Source: Nostoc sp. PCC 7120 = FACHB-418 (GTDB lineage Bacteria; Cyanobacteriota; Cyanobacteriia; Cyanobacteriales; Nostocaceae). Taken from it: a stretch of DNA of 32,000 bases. The DNA lies in assembly GCF_000009705.1 (NCBI RefSeq), contig NC_003272.1, forward strand, positions 3,240,001 through 3,272,000, written 5' to 3'. Below the pieces are notes generated by a model, which saw only the letters and a program-made list of their open reading frames with translations, was not told where the DNA came from and ran no database searches. Shown one piece after another: positions 25,801 through 32,000 of this stretch (position 1 is its first letter; the number at the start of each line of letters is the position of its first letter). Both the position numbers and the translations under genes were made by a program.

Positions 25801-27437
25801 AACATATTTTTAATTCTCGTACCTTGAATTTTGCCGAGGAAATTCACGAAATCACCCAAGGGGAAGGAGTTGATATTGTATTTAACTCCCTGTCTGGTGA
25901 ATTTATCCCGGCTAGTTTATCGGTACTCAAACCCCAAGGACAATTTATCGAAATTGGTAAACGGGGAGTGTGGAATGCACAAAAAGTTGCTCAAGTCAAG
26001 CCTGATGTTGTTTATCATTTAGTGGATTTGATGAGTGTTGCTCAACAACAACCCCAGACAATCCAAACCTTGTTACATTGTCTCATGGCAGAGTTTGAAA
26101 GTGGAGAATTGCGTTGGTCTCCGACCGACCGTAGGTCATCGCATCCTCAAACCATTTTCCCCGCCACCAAAATAGTAGAAGCGTTGCAGATGATGCAACA
26201 AGCCCGACACATCGGTAAAATCGTCATTACCCACACACCTACTGAGTCATTACAACCCGATGCAACCTATTTAATTACAGGGGGAATGGGCGGTTTAGGT
26301 TTGCGTGTAGCCCGTTGGTTAGTAGAAAAAGGTGCAAAACATCTCGTATTGTTGGGACGTAACCAACCAGATACAACAGCACAGCAACAAATTCAAGCTT
26401 TAGAAGCAACAGGGGCAAAAATTATCATAACTCAGGCGGATGTCAGCCAAAAAGACCAATTAGCAGCAGTTTTGACAGATATTCAGCAAAACCATCCTCC
26501 TTTACGGGGAGTGATTCACGCCGCCGGAGTTTTAGATGATGGCATTTTACAGCAATTAACTCCAGAGCGATCGCACCGCGTCATGAATCCCAAAGTTACA
26601 GGTGCGTGGAATCTCCACCAATTAACCCAAGACATCCCCCTAGATTATTTCATCATGTTTTCTTCCGCAGCTTCCCTACTAGGTTCTCCAGGACAGGCAA
26701 ACCACGTAGCTGCAAATACCTTCCTCGATGCTTTAGCCCAATATCGCCGCCATCAGGGATTACCTGCACTGAGTATAAATTGGGGCGTATGGTCAGATAT
26801 TGGTGCAGCAGCTAAAAGACAAGTTTCTAATCAAATGAGTTCACGGGGTATCGGTGAAATTACTCCCGACCAAGGTATAGATATTTTAGAATTTATCCTC
26901 ACCCAATCTTCCACACAAGTAGGGGTAATTCCCATCAATTGGTCAGAACTGCTCAAGCAAAAATTATCCTCAACTTTCTTTGCAGATTTTTACGAGTCCA
27001 CCCCAAGCACTAGCCAAGAATATCAACCCTCTCAACTAATCCAACACATCCAATGTTTAGGAATCAAAGAACGGATTTCCTACTTGAGAAAATACCTCCA
27101 AACAGAAGTCAGTCAAGTTTTAGGTTCGTCCTCATCTCAACTACCAAATGTGCAGTTAGGATTTTTTGATATGGGGATGGATTCACTGATGATGGTAGAG
27201 TTGCGGAGTCGTCTAGAAACAAGTTTAAAGCAAACTATTCCTTCTACAGTATTATTTGAACATCCGAGCATTCAAGCTTTAGCAGAGTATATTGCCACTC
27301 AGTTGTTACCACAGGAAACTGTAATTTCCGCAATAAATGAACAACCGGATATAAGCTCTTCAGATGTTTCCTCAAAACAGGAAATTGAAACATCAATTAC
27401 AGCAGAATTAGCAGCCCTAGAATCTTTATTAACATGA
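19881..27437 (+). CDS. Type I polyketide synthase module 2: KS-AT-DH-cMT-(psiKR)-ER-KR-ACP; paralog of module 1
   Basis: Start: I prefer ATG 19881 (MTQDYRTLMQNAL...) over the TTG at 19842 used by the ORF track.

Approximate domains:
- KS 19962-21230: DTACSSS with Cys codon 20478-20480, HGTGT, NIGHLEAAAG.
- AT 21560-22470: GQGSQY, GHSVGE, HAFH at 22146-22157.
- DH 22665-23620: HPLLG, HKVFNQIILP, GIEYGETF, DACLQ.
- cMT 23900-24690: EIGAGTGG at 24189-24212, [10 protein letters not shown].
- ER 25260-26240: LIHAATGGTGMAALQIA.
- KR 26270-26830: [23 protein letters not shown].
- ACP 27080-27310: GMDSL with Ser codon 27183-27185.

The protein ends in the docking-like helix ITAELAALESLLT. There is no TE, R or C domain. 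Confidence 0.92.
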   Translation: MTQDYRTLMQNALKQIQDLREKLKAQTEPIAIVGMGCRFPGGADTPEKLWQLLRNGDDGITEIPSDRWSIETFYHNNPATPGKMSTRYGGFIGHLKEFDADFFGIAPKEAISLDPQQRLLLEVTWEALENTGILPEQLTGSQTGVFIGISSNDYTTHLLNRPVTDIDAYLATGNSHSTAAGRISYILGFTGPSLAVDTACSSSLVAVHLACQSLRQGECQLAVVGGVNRIFSPEFTINFSQARMLAADGRCKTFDTKADGFVRGEGCGVIILQKLSDAQAARNPILAVIRGSAVNQDGRSSGLTVPNGPAQQAVIRQALKNATVEPSDITYVEAHGTGTALGDPIEIGALGAVFGESHQTSPLLVGSLKTNIGHLEAAAGIAGLMKVVLALKHGEIPPHLHFQQPNPHIPWEQFPIQIPTTCTPWHGKKLAGVSSFGFSGTNAHVILAASEIQNQNKENTIKRPLQILNLSAKTETALKQLAQNYITYLKEHQDINLADICYSANTGRSSRGAASLTQFEHRLSIIANSITTAQEKLTCFINNEATTNLFTNKVNSPSRPKIAFLFTGQGSQYQNMGWELYQTEPFFKETIDKCCELLLANSGLDLHSVLFPQDNENNHKLLSQTLYTQPALFILEYALCQLWLSWGIKPDFFMGHSVGEYVAACIAGVFSLEDGLKLIATRARLMQQLPQGKMVAVAASPSQLQNFLLPYDQQVSIAAINAPNNTVISGEPAAIEKIIAVLVSQNIQATPLSVSHAFHSPMMETMLGEFEKIAATINFHPPKYPIISNVTGSLINSEIATPEYWCRHIRQPVQFLAGVETLIQQNCSIFLEVGAKPILLQMARSIISQADKYLWLPSLQPKQQDWQVMLSSIAAIYGRGVKIDWHKFEQNYHHQRLDLPNYPFQRQNFWIDIKPVNKNYYSSSPNNIHPLLGQQLNLAKSSDIYFEQQLTNNNPDYLQDHKVFNQIILPGAAYLEMSLAAAKTIFKNNSISVETVSFQETCILTPDNPKNIQFILKNNHEFEIVSTTSNHDWITHATGKIKPHNNIPQPQQINLGELQNTFTKIIDITDFYQNLTQVGIEYGETFQAITHIWYLDNQALAEIHLPSTCNCRDNYQFHPIILDACLQTIAAIFYSQPTPSNSSQDIENPSPNLSPKRREALNVPPSLVGKGVRGLGLNTTNQVYLPIGVDKLTIYLPIGETVWSLVKLRTQHKTAFALVADIQILSPSGQVIALVEGLQLKKIQSPNIKDWQNWLYEIEWRSQPLSITSDISLTSPAEISQELALKFTELLTTEEIKTYAQLLPQLEALSLYYIVQALQNLDVLSPEIAPQHQRLYTHLLSLITNQREYEKPQLSPTQHPEIAAELTLIERCGTNLGKVLQGKCNPIDLLFPNGDLTTLTQLYQNSPGAKVMNTLVQQAINSALKDLPPGEKVRILEIGAGTGGTTAYVLPQLVHQSVEYVFTDISPLFLAKARQQFSEYEFVSYQTLNIEQPLTNQDITPHSFDIVIAANVLHATENLNHTITNVKSLLNNQGLLIVLEGTIPSIWIDLIFGLTEGWWRFQDQDLRPHHPLISTTAWHSLLKTHDFTNIVNITPDSILPEALAQQSVIVAQNTPPQPSPYKREGEECLIITDLPAWGEAINQQLKLPSFTLKPSDNIAEFPHQSIKHIIYIAGCQDNITECNNILHLVQTLIKTQHYPINLWLVTQGAISPHTITGLNQSSVWGMGKVIRLEHPELNCRCVDLDPTQELFTQVENLVTEITHPGEEAQITLHKSERKVARLTRCTLQILPHEPYRLTIAKRGVIASLKWQSSPRRQPQPGEVEIQVKATGLNFIDVLDALGLLPFERNWFGVECAGEVVAIGEGVTHLNVGDAVVALAADSFSQYVTTNANYVIKKPDSLSFTAAATIPANFLTAAYALREVAKIQPGKRILIHAATGGTGMAALQIAQQAGLEVFATASVGKWETLRALGVQHIFNSRTLNFAEEIHEITQGEGVDIVFNSLSGEFIPASLSVLKPQGQFIEIGKRGVWNAQKVAQVKPDVVYHLVDLMSVAQQQPQTIQTLLHCLMAEFESGELRWSPTDRRSSHPQTIFPATKIVEALQMMQQARHIGKIVITHTPTESLQPDATYLITGGMGGLGLRVARWLVEKGAKHLVLLGRNQPDTTAQQQIQALEATGAKIIITQADVSQKDQLAAVLTDIQQNHPPLRGVIHAAGVLDDGILQQLTPERSHRVMNPKVTGAWNLHQLTQDIPLDYFIMFSSAASLLGSPGQANHVAANTFLDALAQYRRHQGLPALSINWGVWSDIGAAAKRQVSNQMSSRGIGEITPDQGIDILEFILTQSSTQVGVIPINWSELLKQKLSSTFFADFYESTPSTSQEYQPSQLIQHIQCLGIKERISYLRKYLQTEVSQVLGSSSSQLPNVQLGFFDMGMDSLMMVELRSRLETSLKQTIPSTVLFEHPSIQALAEYIATQLLPQETVISAINEQPDISSSDVSSKQEIETSITAELAALESLLT
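21401..21436 (+). repeat. Candidate in-frame short palindromic repeat insertion in the PKS2 KS-AT linker
   Basis: GCGAAGCTCCAGAGGAGCCGCTTCGCTAACGCAATT carries the inverted pair GCGAAGC/GCTTCGC. CGCTAACGCAATT also occurs at 19803-19815. It encodes RSSRGAASLTQF. PKS1 reads [11 protein letters not shown] where PKS2 reads GRSSRGAASLTQFEHRLSI. Confidence 0.55.
23322..23410 (+). mobile_element. ~89-nt double-hairpin MITE-like element inserted in frame in the PKS2 DH domain
   Basis: There are two perfect 10-bp-stem hairpins: CCTCTCTCCT/AGGAGAGAGG (23336-23358) and CCCCCTTCCC/GGGAAGGGGG (23370-23394). The element is translated as NPSPNLSPKRREALNVPPSLVGKGVRGLG. PKS2 has about 42 more residues than PKS1 between DACLQ and YLPI. 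Confidence 0.8.
24732..24754 (+). repeat. Short GC-stem hairpin, in frame, in the PKS2 cMT/psiKR linker
   Basis: CCCTCCC (24732-24738) pairs with GGGAGGG (24748-24754) around the loop CTTATAAAA. It encodes PSPYKREG. PKS2 is about 10 aa longer than PKS1 here (VAQNTPPQPSPYKREGEECLIIT versus [15 protein letters not shown]). Confidence 0.5.
26111..26142 (+). repeat. Candidate short in-frame insertion near the C-terminal end of the PKS2 ER domain
   Basis: GCGTTGGTCTCCGACCGACCGTAGGTCATCGC encodes RWSPTDRRSS. PKS2 reads EFESGELRWSPTDRRSSHPQTIFPATKIVEAL where PKS1 reads [24 protein letters not shown], a difference of about 8 aa. No second copy is present in the window, so repeat status is uncertain. 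Confidence 0.35.
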
Positions 27438-27480
27438 ATCACCAACAAAAGCTGATTTAATTAGTCTATTTCTCCGGACT

Positions 27481-28128
27481 TTAAATAAGTAATCGGGTAA
27501 TCTCATCTGGAGTATGAACAATCAAATCAGCACCATGAGCCTTTAACTCTTCCTCTGTTCCGTAACCGTAGGTAACACCAATTGCAGTTATACCATTACG
27601 TTTAGCTCCGATCATATCGTACAAGCGATCGCCTACCATAACCACATGGGGAGGAGAAAAATTTTCTGTGAGTAAGATGTAATGAATCAAGTCAGATTTT
27701 ACACTCCTGGTTCCGTCAAGTTCACTCCCGTAAACACCATCGAAAAGCGACGACAAGCCAAAATGTTGAATGATCTGGTTAGCATAAATCTGTGGTTTAG
27801 AAGTCGCTACAAAGGTTTTATAACCAGCAAAACAAATAGCATCTAAGGTTTCAGGAATCTGGGGATAAAGGGAGTTTTCAAATAATCCGATTGTGGCAAA
27901 ACGACTACGATACAGCGAAATAGCTTGTTCCAAAACTGCGTCATCTGATGTATTCAATAGCAGGGAAAAAGTATTTTTGATGGGAGGGCCAATACACCAG
28001 TTTAATTCATCAGCATCAGGTGGTTTATAACCGAGTTCAGATAAAGCAAACTGAATGCAGCGAGTGATCCCAAGCTTGGGGTCTGTCAAGGTTCCATCTA
28101 AATCAAACAAAATAACGGAGGTAGACAT
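27481..28128 (-). CDS. HAD-superfamily hydrolase (phosphoglycolate-phosphatase-like, subfamily IA)
   Basis: 215-aa ORF. Motif I is FDLDGTLTD, motif II is VATSKP, and motifs III/IV are K...VMVGDRLYD. It is convergent with PKS2. Confidence 0.85.
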   Translation of the reverse strand: MSTSVILFDLDGTLTDPKLGITRCIQFALSELGYKPPDADELNWCIGPPIKNTFSLLLNTSDDAVLEQAISLYRSRFATIGLFENSLYPQIPETLDAICFAGYKTFVATSKPQIYANQIIQHFGLSSLFDGVYGSELDGTRSVKSDLIHYILLTENFSPPHVVMVGDRLYDMIGAKRNGITAIGVTYGYGTEEELKAHGADLIVHTPDEITRLLI

Positions 28129-28150
28129 TCATTTGTAATTGAAAAGATTT

Positions 28151-28423
28151 TTAGGAAGGACTACGTCTATTTATAAAGCTTTCGCCTCTCAATAATGCAA
28201 CCCCCAAAGTGACAATACCAATTCCTAAAATCTGAATCAAGTTTAAAGTTTCGCTAATGGTTATCCATGTTATTAGCACCGTTAACGCTGGACTGCTTGC
28301 GCCAATTATAAGAGTTCCGACATTATTGTATATTTGTCCCATAAAACTGACTACACCCGAAGAATGCCTCCAAAAGCGAGTATTTGCATAGCGTCTTTGG
28401 AAAAAAGCTGTAAAACAAAGTCG
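28151..28423 (-). pseudogene. C-terminal remnant of an EamA/DMT-family transporter gene
   Basis: The track ORF (63 aa) and its in-frame upstream extension read GVVSFMGQIYNNVGTLIIGASSPALTVLITWITISETLNLIQILGIGIVTLGVALL. This matches the last two TM helices of an EamA repeat. An in-frame stop at 28424-28426 leaves only about 90 codons, against about 300 for intact family members. A further TM-like piece (MQILAFGGILRV) lies in another frame upstream. Confidence 0.45.
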
Positions 28424-28658
28424 CTAATAATTAGGAGTTCTAATTGAGCGATATGCTAGATTTGCTACTCCTGTTGCTGCATTACCCTTTTATTTCCTTG
28501 TTTTCAACCTTAAAACCATTGCATAGTCGATATTATAGCTATATCTCTCATTGAGATAACTGATTACTTGACAAAAAGCAATGAGTACATTTTTCTGTAG
28601 TCCATTACTGACAAAATTCAAGTATGCCAACTTCATGTTTTAAAAATTTTAAATATAA

Positions 28659-28708
28659 GGGAATACTAAATCTAGTATTGAAGATTTGGCACTATGCTTA
28701 GTATTCCC
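28659..28708 (+). promoter_or_regulatory. Perfect 10-bp inverted repeat bracketing the kinase start codon; candidate translation-initiation hairpin
   Basis: GGGAATACTA (28659-28668) pairs with TAGTATTCCC (28699-28708), and the ATG at 28694-28696 lies in the loop. A competing partner TAGTATT lies at 28673-28679. Confidence 0.3.
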
Positions 28709-31700
28709 GGTTATCGCTTGGATGAAGAACTCTACAATGGTTCCAGAACGTTAGTTTATCGAGGATATAGAGAAATTGACTCCTTACCAGTAGTGGTCAA
28801 ACTGCTGAAAAATCCTTATCCTAGTTTTAACGAACTCATACATTTTCGCAATCAATACACTATCACCAAAAATCTGCACTATCCGGGAATCATCCAAACC
28901 TATAGTCTTGAACCCTACAAAAATGGCTATGCGTTAGTAATGGAAGATTTTGGGGGCGTTTCTCTTAAGGATTATTTTGGCAAGGATCATCATGTTGCGT
29001 CTCTACAAGAGTTTTTAGAAATAGCGATCGCTCTCTGTAATACCTTAGATGTACTTTATAGGGAGTGCATTATTCATAAAGATATAAAACCCGCCAATAT
29101 TTTAATTAATCCAGAAACCAAACAAATAAAGCTCATTGACTTTAGTATTGCATCTTTACTTCCACGAGAAACACAAATAGTTATTAATAAAAATATATTA
29201 GAAGGGACACTTGCTTATATTTCTCCAGAACAAACTGGCAGAATGAATCGGGGTATTGACTACCGGACTGATTTTTATTCTCTGGGTGTAACTTTCTACG
29301 AATTACTTACTGCTGAGTTACCTTTTGTCTCCAGAGATCCGATGGAGTTAATACATTCTCATATTGCAAAACTTCCAGAGAAATTGAGGAGTGGTAGGGA
29401 AAGAGAAATTCCCAAAGTTATTTGTGATATTGTGATGAAATTGATGGCGAAAAATGCAGAAAATCGCTATCAAAGCGCGTTAGGATTAAAATTTGATTTA
29501 GAAAATTGTTTAAATCAGTTACAAGAAACTGGTAAGATTCAGGACTTTGAAATTGCCCAAAGGGATGTATGCGATCGTTTTCTGATAACCGATAAACTAT
29601 ATGGCAGAGACACCGAAGTGGAAGCTTTGCTGCAAGCATTCGAGCGAGTCAGCCTTGGTGCAACAGAAATGATGCTGATAGCTGGGGCTTCCGGAATTGG
29701 CAAAACTGCTGTGATCAACGAAGTTCACAAACCAATTGTACGGCAACGCGGTTATTTTATTAAAGGAAAATTTGATCAATTTCAACGTAATATTCCCTTG
29801 AGTGCGTTTGTGCAGGCATTTCGAGATTTAATCGCACAATTGTTAACCGAAAGTGATACTCAAATCCAGAGATGGAGAAACCAAATACTAGAAGCTGTGG
29901 GTGAGAATGGACAAATAATTATTGAAGTCATTCCCGAATTATCAAGAATTATTGGTGAACAAGCATCTGTGCTGGAAATATCCGGAACGGCGGCACAAAG
30001 TAGATTTAATTTATTGTTTCAGAAATTTACCCAAGTTTTTACTACTGCTGAACATCCATTAGTGATATTTTTAGATGATTTACAATGGGCAGATTCAGCA
30101 TCACTAAAGTTAATGCAACTCTTAATGGCTGATACAGGTCATCTTTTTTTAATTGGTGCTTATCGTGATAATGAAGTTAGCCCAGTCCATCCACTAATGG
30201 TGACTTTAAATCAGATTGAAAAAACAGCAACAATAATTAATACAATTACTTTATCAGCATTAACTCAAAGACAAATAAATCAATTAATTGCTGACACATT
30301 TAAATGTACAGAAGATTTGGCACTACCTCTTTCTGCATTGATATTTCAGAAAACTCAAGGTAATCCATTTTTTGCTACCCAATTGTTAAAACAATTATAT
30401 CAAGATAAGTTGATTGACTTTAATTTTCAATCTGGATTTTGGCAATGTGATATTGCAAAAGTAAAGAACCAAGTTGTTACAGATGATGTTGTAGAATTTA
30501 TGGTAGCTCAATTACGGCGACTACCTGAAGCTACTCAAAAAGTTTTACAGCTAGCTGCTTGTATTGGGAATCAATTTGATTTAGCAACCTTGGCAATAGT
30601 TTCAGAACAATCAAAAATAGAAACGGCAGCTAGTTTATGCAAAGCTTTACAAGAAGGATTAATTTTACCTCTGAGTGAAATTTATAAATTTTATCAGGAT
30701 TCATCATTAGAAAATACTGAACACACAGCGAAGAATATAGAAGCGCAATTAGCTGCATTTAATGTAGAAGAAAAAACAACTATATATAAATTTTTGCATG
30801 ATCGTGTCCAACAAGCTGCCTCTTATCTGATTCCAGAAGAACAGAAACAGTTAACACATTTGAAAGTGGGGCAATTACTTTTAGAAAATACACCCTTAGC
30901 CCAGCAGTCAGAGCGAATTTTTGAGATTGTTGGTCAGTTAAATTGTGCAATTCCACTCATTACTGAGCAAAAAAAATGTCAACAATTAGCTCAACTAAAT
31001 CTCAATGCAGGTCGCAAAGCTAAAGAAGCAATTGCTTATAGTGCATCTCTACAATATTTTAATCAGGGCATTGAGTTAATAATTAGTGATGGCTGGAAAA
31101 ATGCTCATGATTTGACGCTAAATTTATATCAAGATGCTGCTGAGGCAGCCTTTCTGAATAATGAATTTGAACAGATGGAATCCCTGATTGAAGTGGTGAT
31201 TCAAGAAGCGAAAAATCTCTTAGATAAAGTCAAAGTTCATGAGATTCAGCTACAGTCTTATCAGGTGCAGGGGCAGATGCTTAAAGCCATCAAAATTGGA
31301 TGCAAAACCCTTCAAGAATTGGGCATAGTCTTATCTGAAGATATTACATCTCATGACATTAATCAAGCCATAGAAAACACATTATTAATATTAGGTAATC
31401 GCCAAATTGAAAGCTTGATTGATTTACCTATGATGATTGAGCCTCAAGCTCTATTTGCCCTAAAAATTATGATTAGCCTGACTCCCTCTGTACATCAGGC
31501 TGCCCCTCAGCTATTTCCTATAATTGCCTGTGAACAAGTTAATTTATCGCTTAAATACGGCAATGCTGCACTCTCAGCACCAGGATATGCAGACTTTGCA
31601 ATTGTCTTGAATGCTGTATTCAACGAATTAGACAAAGGCTATGAATTCGGACAGTTAGCATTAAAAATTGTCGATAAGTTTGCAGCAAAATATGTTCAGA

Positions 31701-32000
31701 GTATGACTAGCTTCAAAGTAGCTGCATTTAATCAAATTAATAAATTACATATTCGAGATGCAATCAATTTATTAAAAGAATCTTATAGTTTTGGTTTAGA
31801 ATTTGGAGATTTTGTACATATAATAGTAGCAACGTTTTTCCGACTTTTTTATACTTATTTAACCAGTAGTGAAAAATTAGATGACTTGCTAAAAGAAATT
31901 AAAATGTACGAGGTAAATTTTGCAAGTAGTCAATCTTTCTCAATCAGATTTAGGATGCTGCGGCAAAGTATTGAAATTCTGACTGGTGTTAGTCATGATT
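28694..32000 (+). CDS. Multidomain sensor protein, 5'-partial in this window: Ser/Thr protein kinase domain, AAA/STAND-type P-loop ATPase, and a helical TPR-like region
   Basis: This gene is not in the ORF track because it has no stop codon in the window. I translated it by hand from ATG 28694, and it stays open to 31999 (about 1102 codons).

- Kinase motifs: VVVKLLK, HKDIKPANIL, IDFSIAS, LAYISPEQ.
- P-loop: LIAGASGIGKT (about 29680).
- Walker B-like: VIFLDDLQWAD (about 30060).
- Also GNPFF, then a long helical repeat region.

Cyanobacterial proteins of this architecture usually continue into GAF and histidine-kinase domains. That continuation is outside the window and is an inference. Confidence 0.85.
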   Translation, partial: MLSIPGYRLDEELYNGSRTLVYRGYREIDSLPVVVKLLKNPYPSFNELIHFRNQYTITKNLHYPGIIQTYSLEPYKNGYALVMEDFGGVSLKDYFGKDHHVASLQEFLEIAIALCNTLDVLYRECIIHKDIKPANILINPETKQIKLIDFSIASLLPRETQIVINKNILEGTLAYISPEQTGRMNRGIDYRTDFYSLGVTFYELLTAELPFVSRDPMELIHSHIAKLPEKLRSGREREIPKVICDIVMKLMAKNAENRYQSALGLKFDLENCLNQLQETGKIQDFEIAQRDVCDRFLITDKLYGRDTEVEALLQAFERVSLGATEMMLIAGASGIGKTAVINEVHKPIVRQRGYFIKGKFDQFQRNIPLSAFVQAFRDLIAQLLTESDTQIQRWRNQILEAVGENGQIIIEVIPELSRIIGEQASVLEISGTAAQSRFNLLFQKFTQVFTTAEHPLVIFLDDLQWADSASLKLMQLLMADTGHLFLIGAYRDNEVSPVHPLMVTLNQIEKTATIINTITLSALTQRQINQLIADTFKCTEDLALPLSALIFQKTQGNPFFATQLLKQLYQDKLIDFNFQSGFWQCDIAKVKNQVVTDDVVEFMVAQLRRLPEATQKVLQLAACIGNQFDLATLAIVSEQSKIETAASLCKALQEGLILPLSEIYKFYQDSSLENTEHTAKNIEAQLAAFNVEEKTTIYKFLHDRVQQAASYLIPEEQKQLTHLKVGQLLLENTPLAQQSERIFEIVGQLNCAIPLITEQKKCQQLAQLNLNAGRKAKEAIAYSASLQYFNQGIELIISDGWKNAHDLTLNLYQDAAEAAFLNNEFEQMESLIEVVIQEAKNLLDKVKVHEIQLQSYQVQGQMLKAIKIGCKTLQELGIVLSEDITSHDINQAIENTLLILGNRQIESLIDLPMMIEPQALFALKIMISLTPSVHQAAPQLFPIIACEQVNLSLKYGNAALSAPGYADFAIVLNAVFNELDKGYEFGQLALKIVDKFAAKYVQSMTSFKVAAFNQINKLHIRDAINLLKESYSFGLEFGDFVHIIVATFFRLFYTYLTSSEKLDDLLKEIKMYEVNFASSQSFSIRFRMLRQSIEILTGVSHD

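Noticed and set aside
27481-28128. The HAD hydrolase, considered as the missing chain-release enzyme of the PKS.
   Set aside because: Its motifs are those of small-molecule phosphatases (DxDGT...). The gene is convergent rather than co-transcribed with the PKS genes. HAD phosphatases are not known thioesterases.
28694-29500. The degenerate glycine-rich loop (LYNGSRTLVY) and DFS instead of DFG in the kinase domain, considered as evidence for a pseudokinase.
   Set aside because: The catalytic HKD, the Asn of KPANI, the Asp of DFS and the VVVK lysine are all present. As I recall, this variant pattern is common in the cyanobacterial kinase-ATPase-sensor family, so it is probably normal for the family.

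Overview
This window looks like chromosomal DNA from a filamentous heterocystous cyanobacterium of the Nostoc/Anabaena type. The evidence is at least 16 perfect HIP1 octamers (GCGATCGC; e.g. 604, 3341, 4800, 5596, 6842, 7146, 11109, 12267, 13245, 13937, 18813, 19239, 20074, 26567, 27625, 29024), STRR-like heptamer tandem repeats, and many small dispersed palindromic repeats.

Gene content:
- Minus strand, 67-8264: four co-directional genes. In order of transcription they encode a PpiC/parvulin-like protein, a cNMP-binding/C39-like ABC exporter, a HlyD membrane-fusion protein, and a TonB-dependent receptor with an AMIN-like N-terminus.
- Plus strand, 8682-27437, divergent from the above: an orphan lipid-type polyketide assembly line. 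It consists of a fused FAAL-acyl-CoA-dehydrogenase-ACP loading protein followed by two paralogous fully reducing type I PKS modules, each KS-AT-DH-cMT-ER-KR-ACP. No thioesterase, reductase or condensation release domain is present.
- Downstream: a convergent HAD phosphatase gene, an EamA/DMT transporter remnant, and the 5' 3.3 kb of a large Ser/Thr-kinase/AAA-ATPase sensor gene. That gene runs off the window, which explains why it is missing from the ORF track.

Most interesting points:
- The PKS line is predicted to make a 2,4-dimethyl-branched, possibly unsaturated fatty acyl product.
- Both KR domains carry His where the catalytic Tyr is expected.
- All three assembly-line proteins, including the last, end in docking-like helices.
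- Many small repeat elements are inserted in frame into the FAAL and PKS coding sequences at domain boundaries and loops.
- The ABC exporter appears to lack both C39 catalytic residues, and no cargo gene is visible.

From memory the layout resembles the all2674-alr2682 region of Nostoc sp. PCC 7120. I cannot verify that here.
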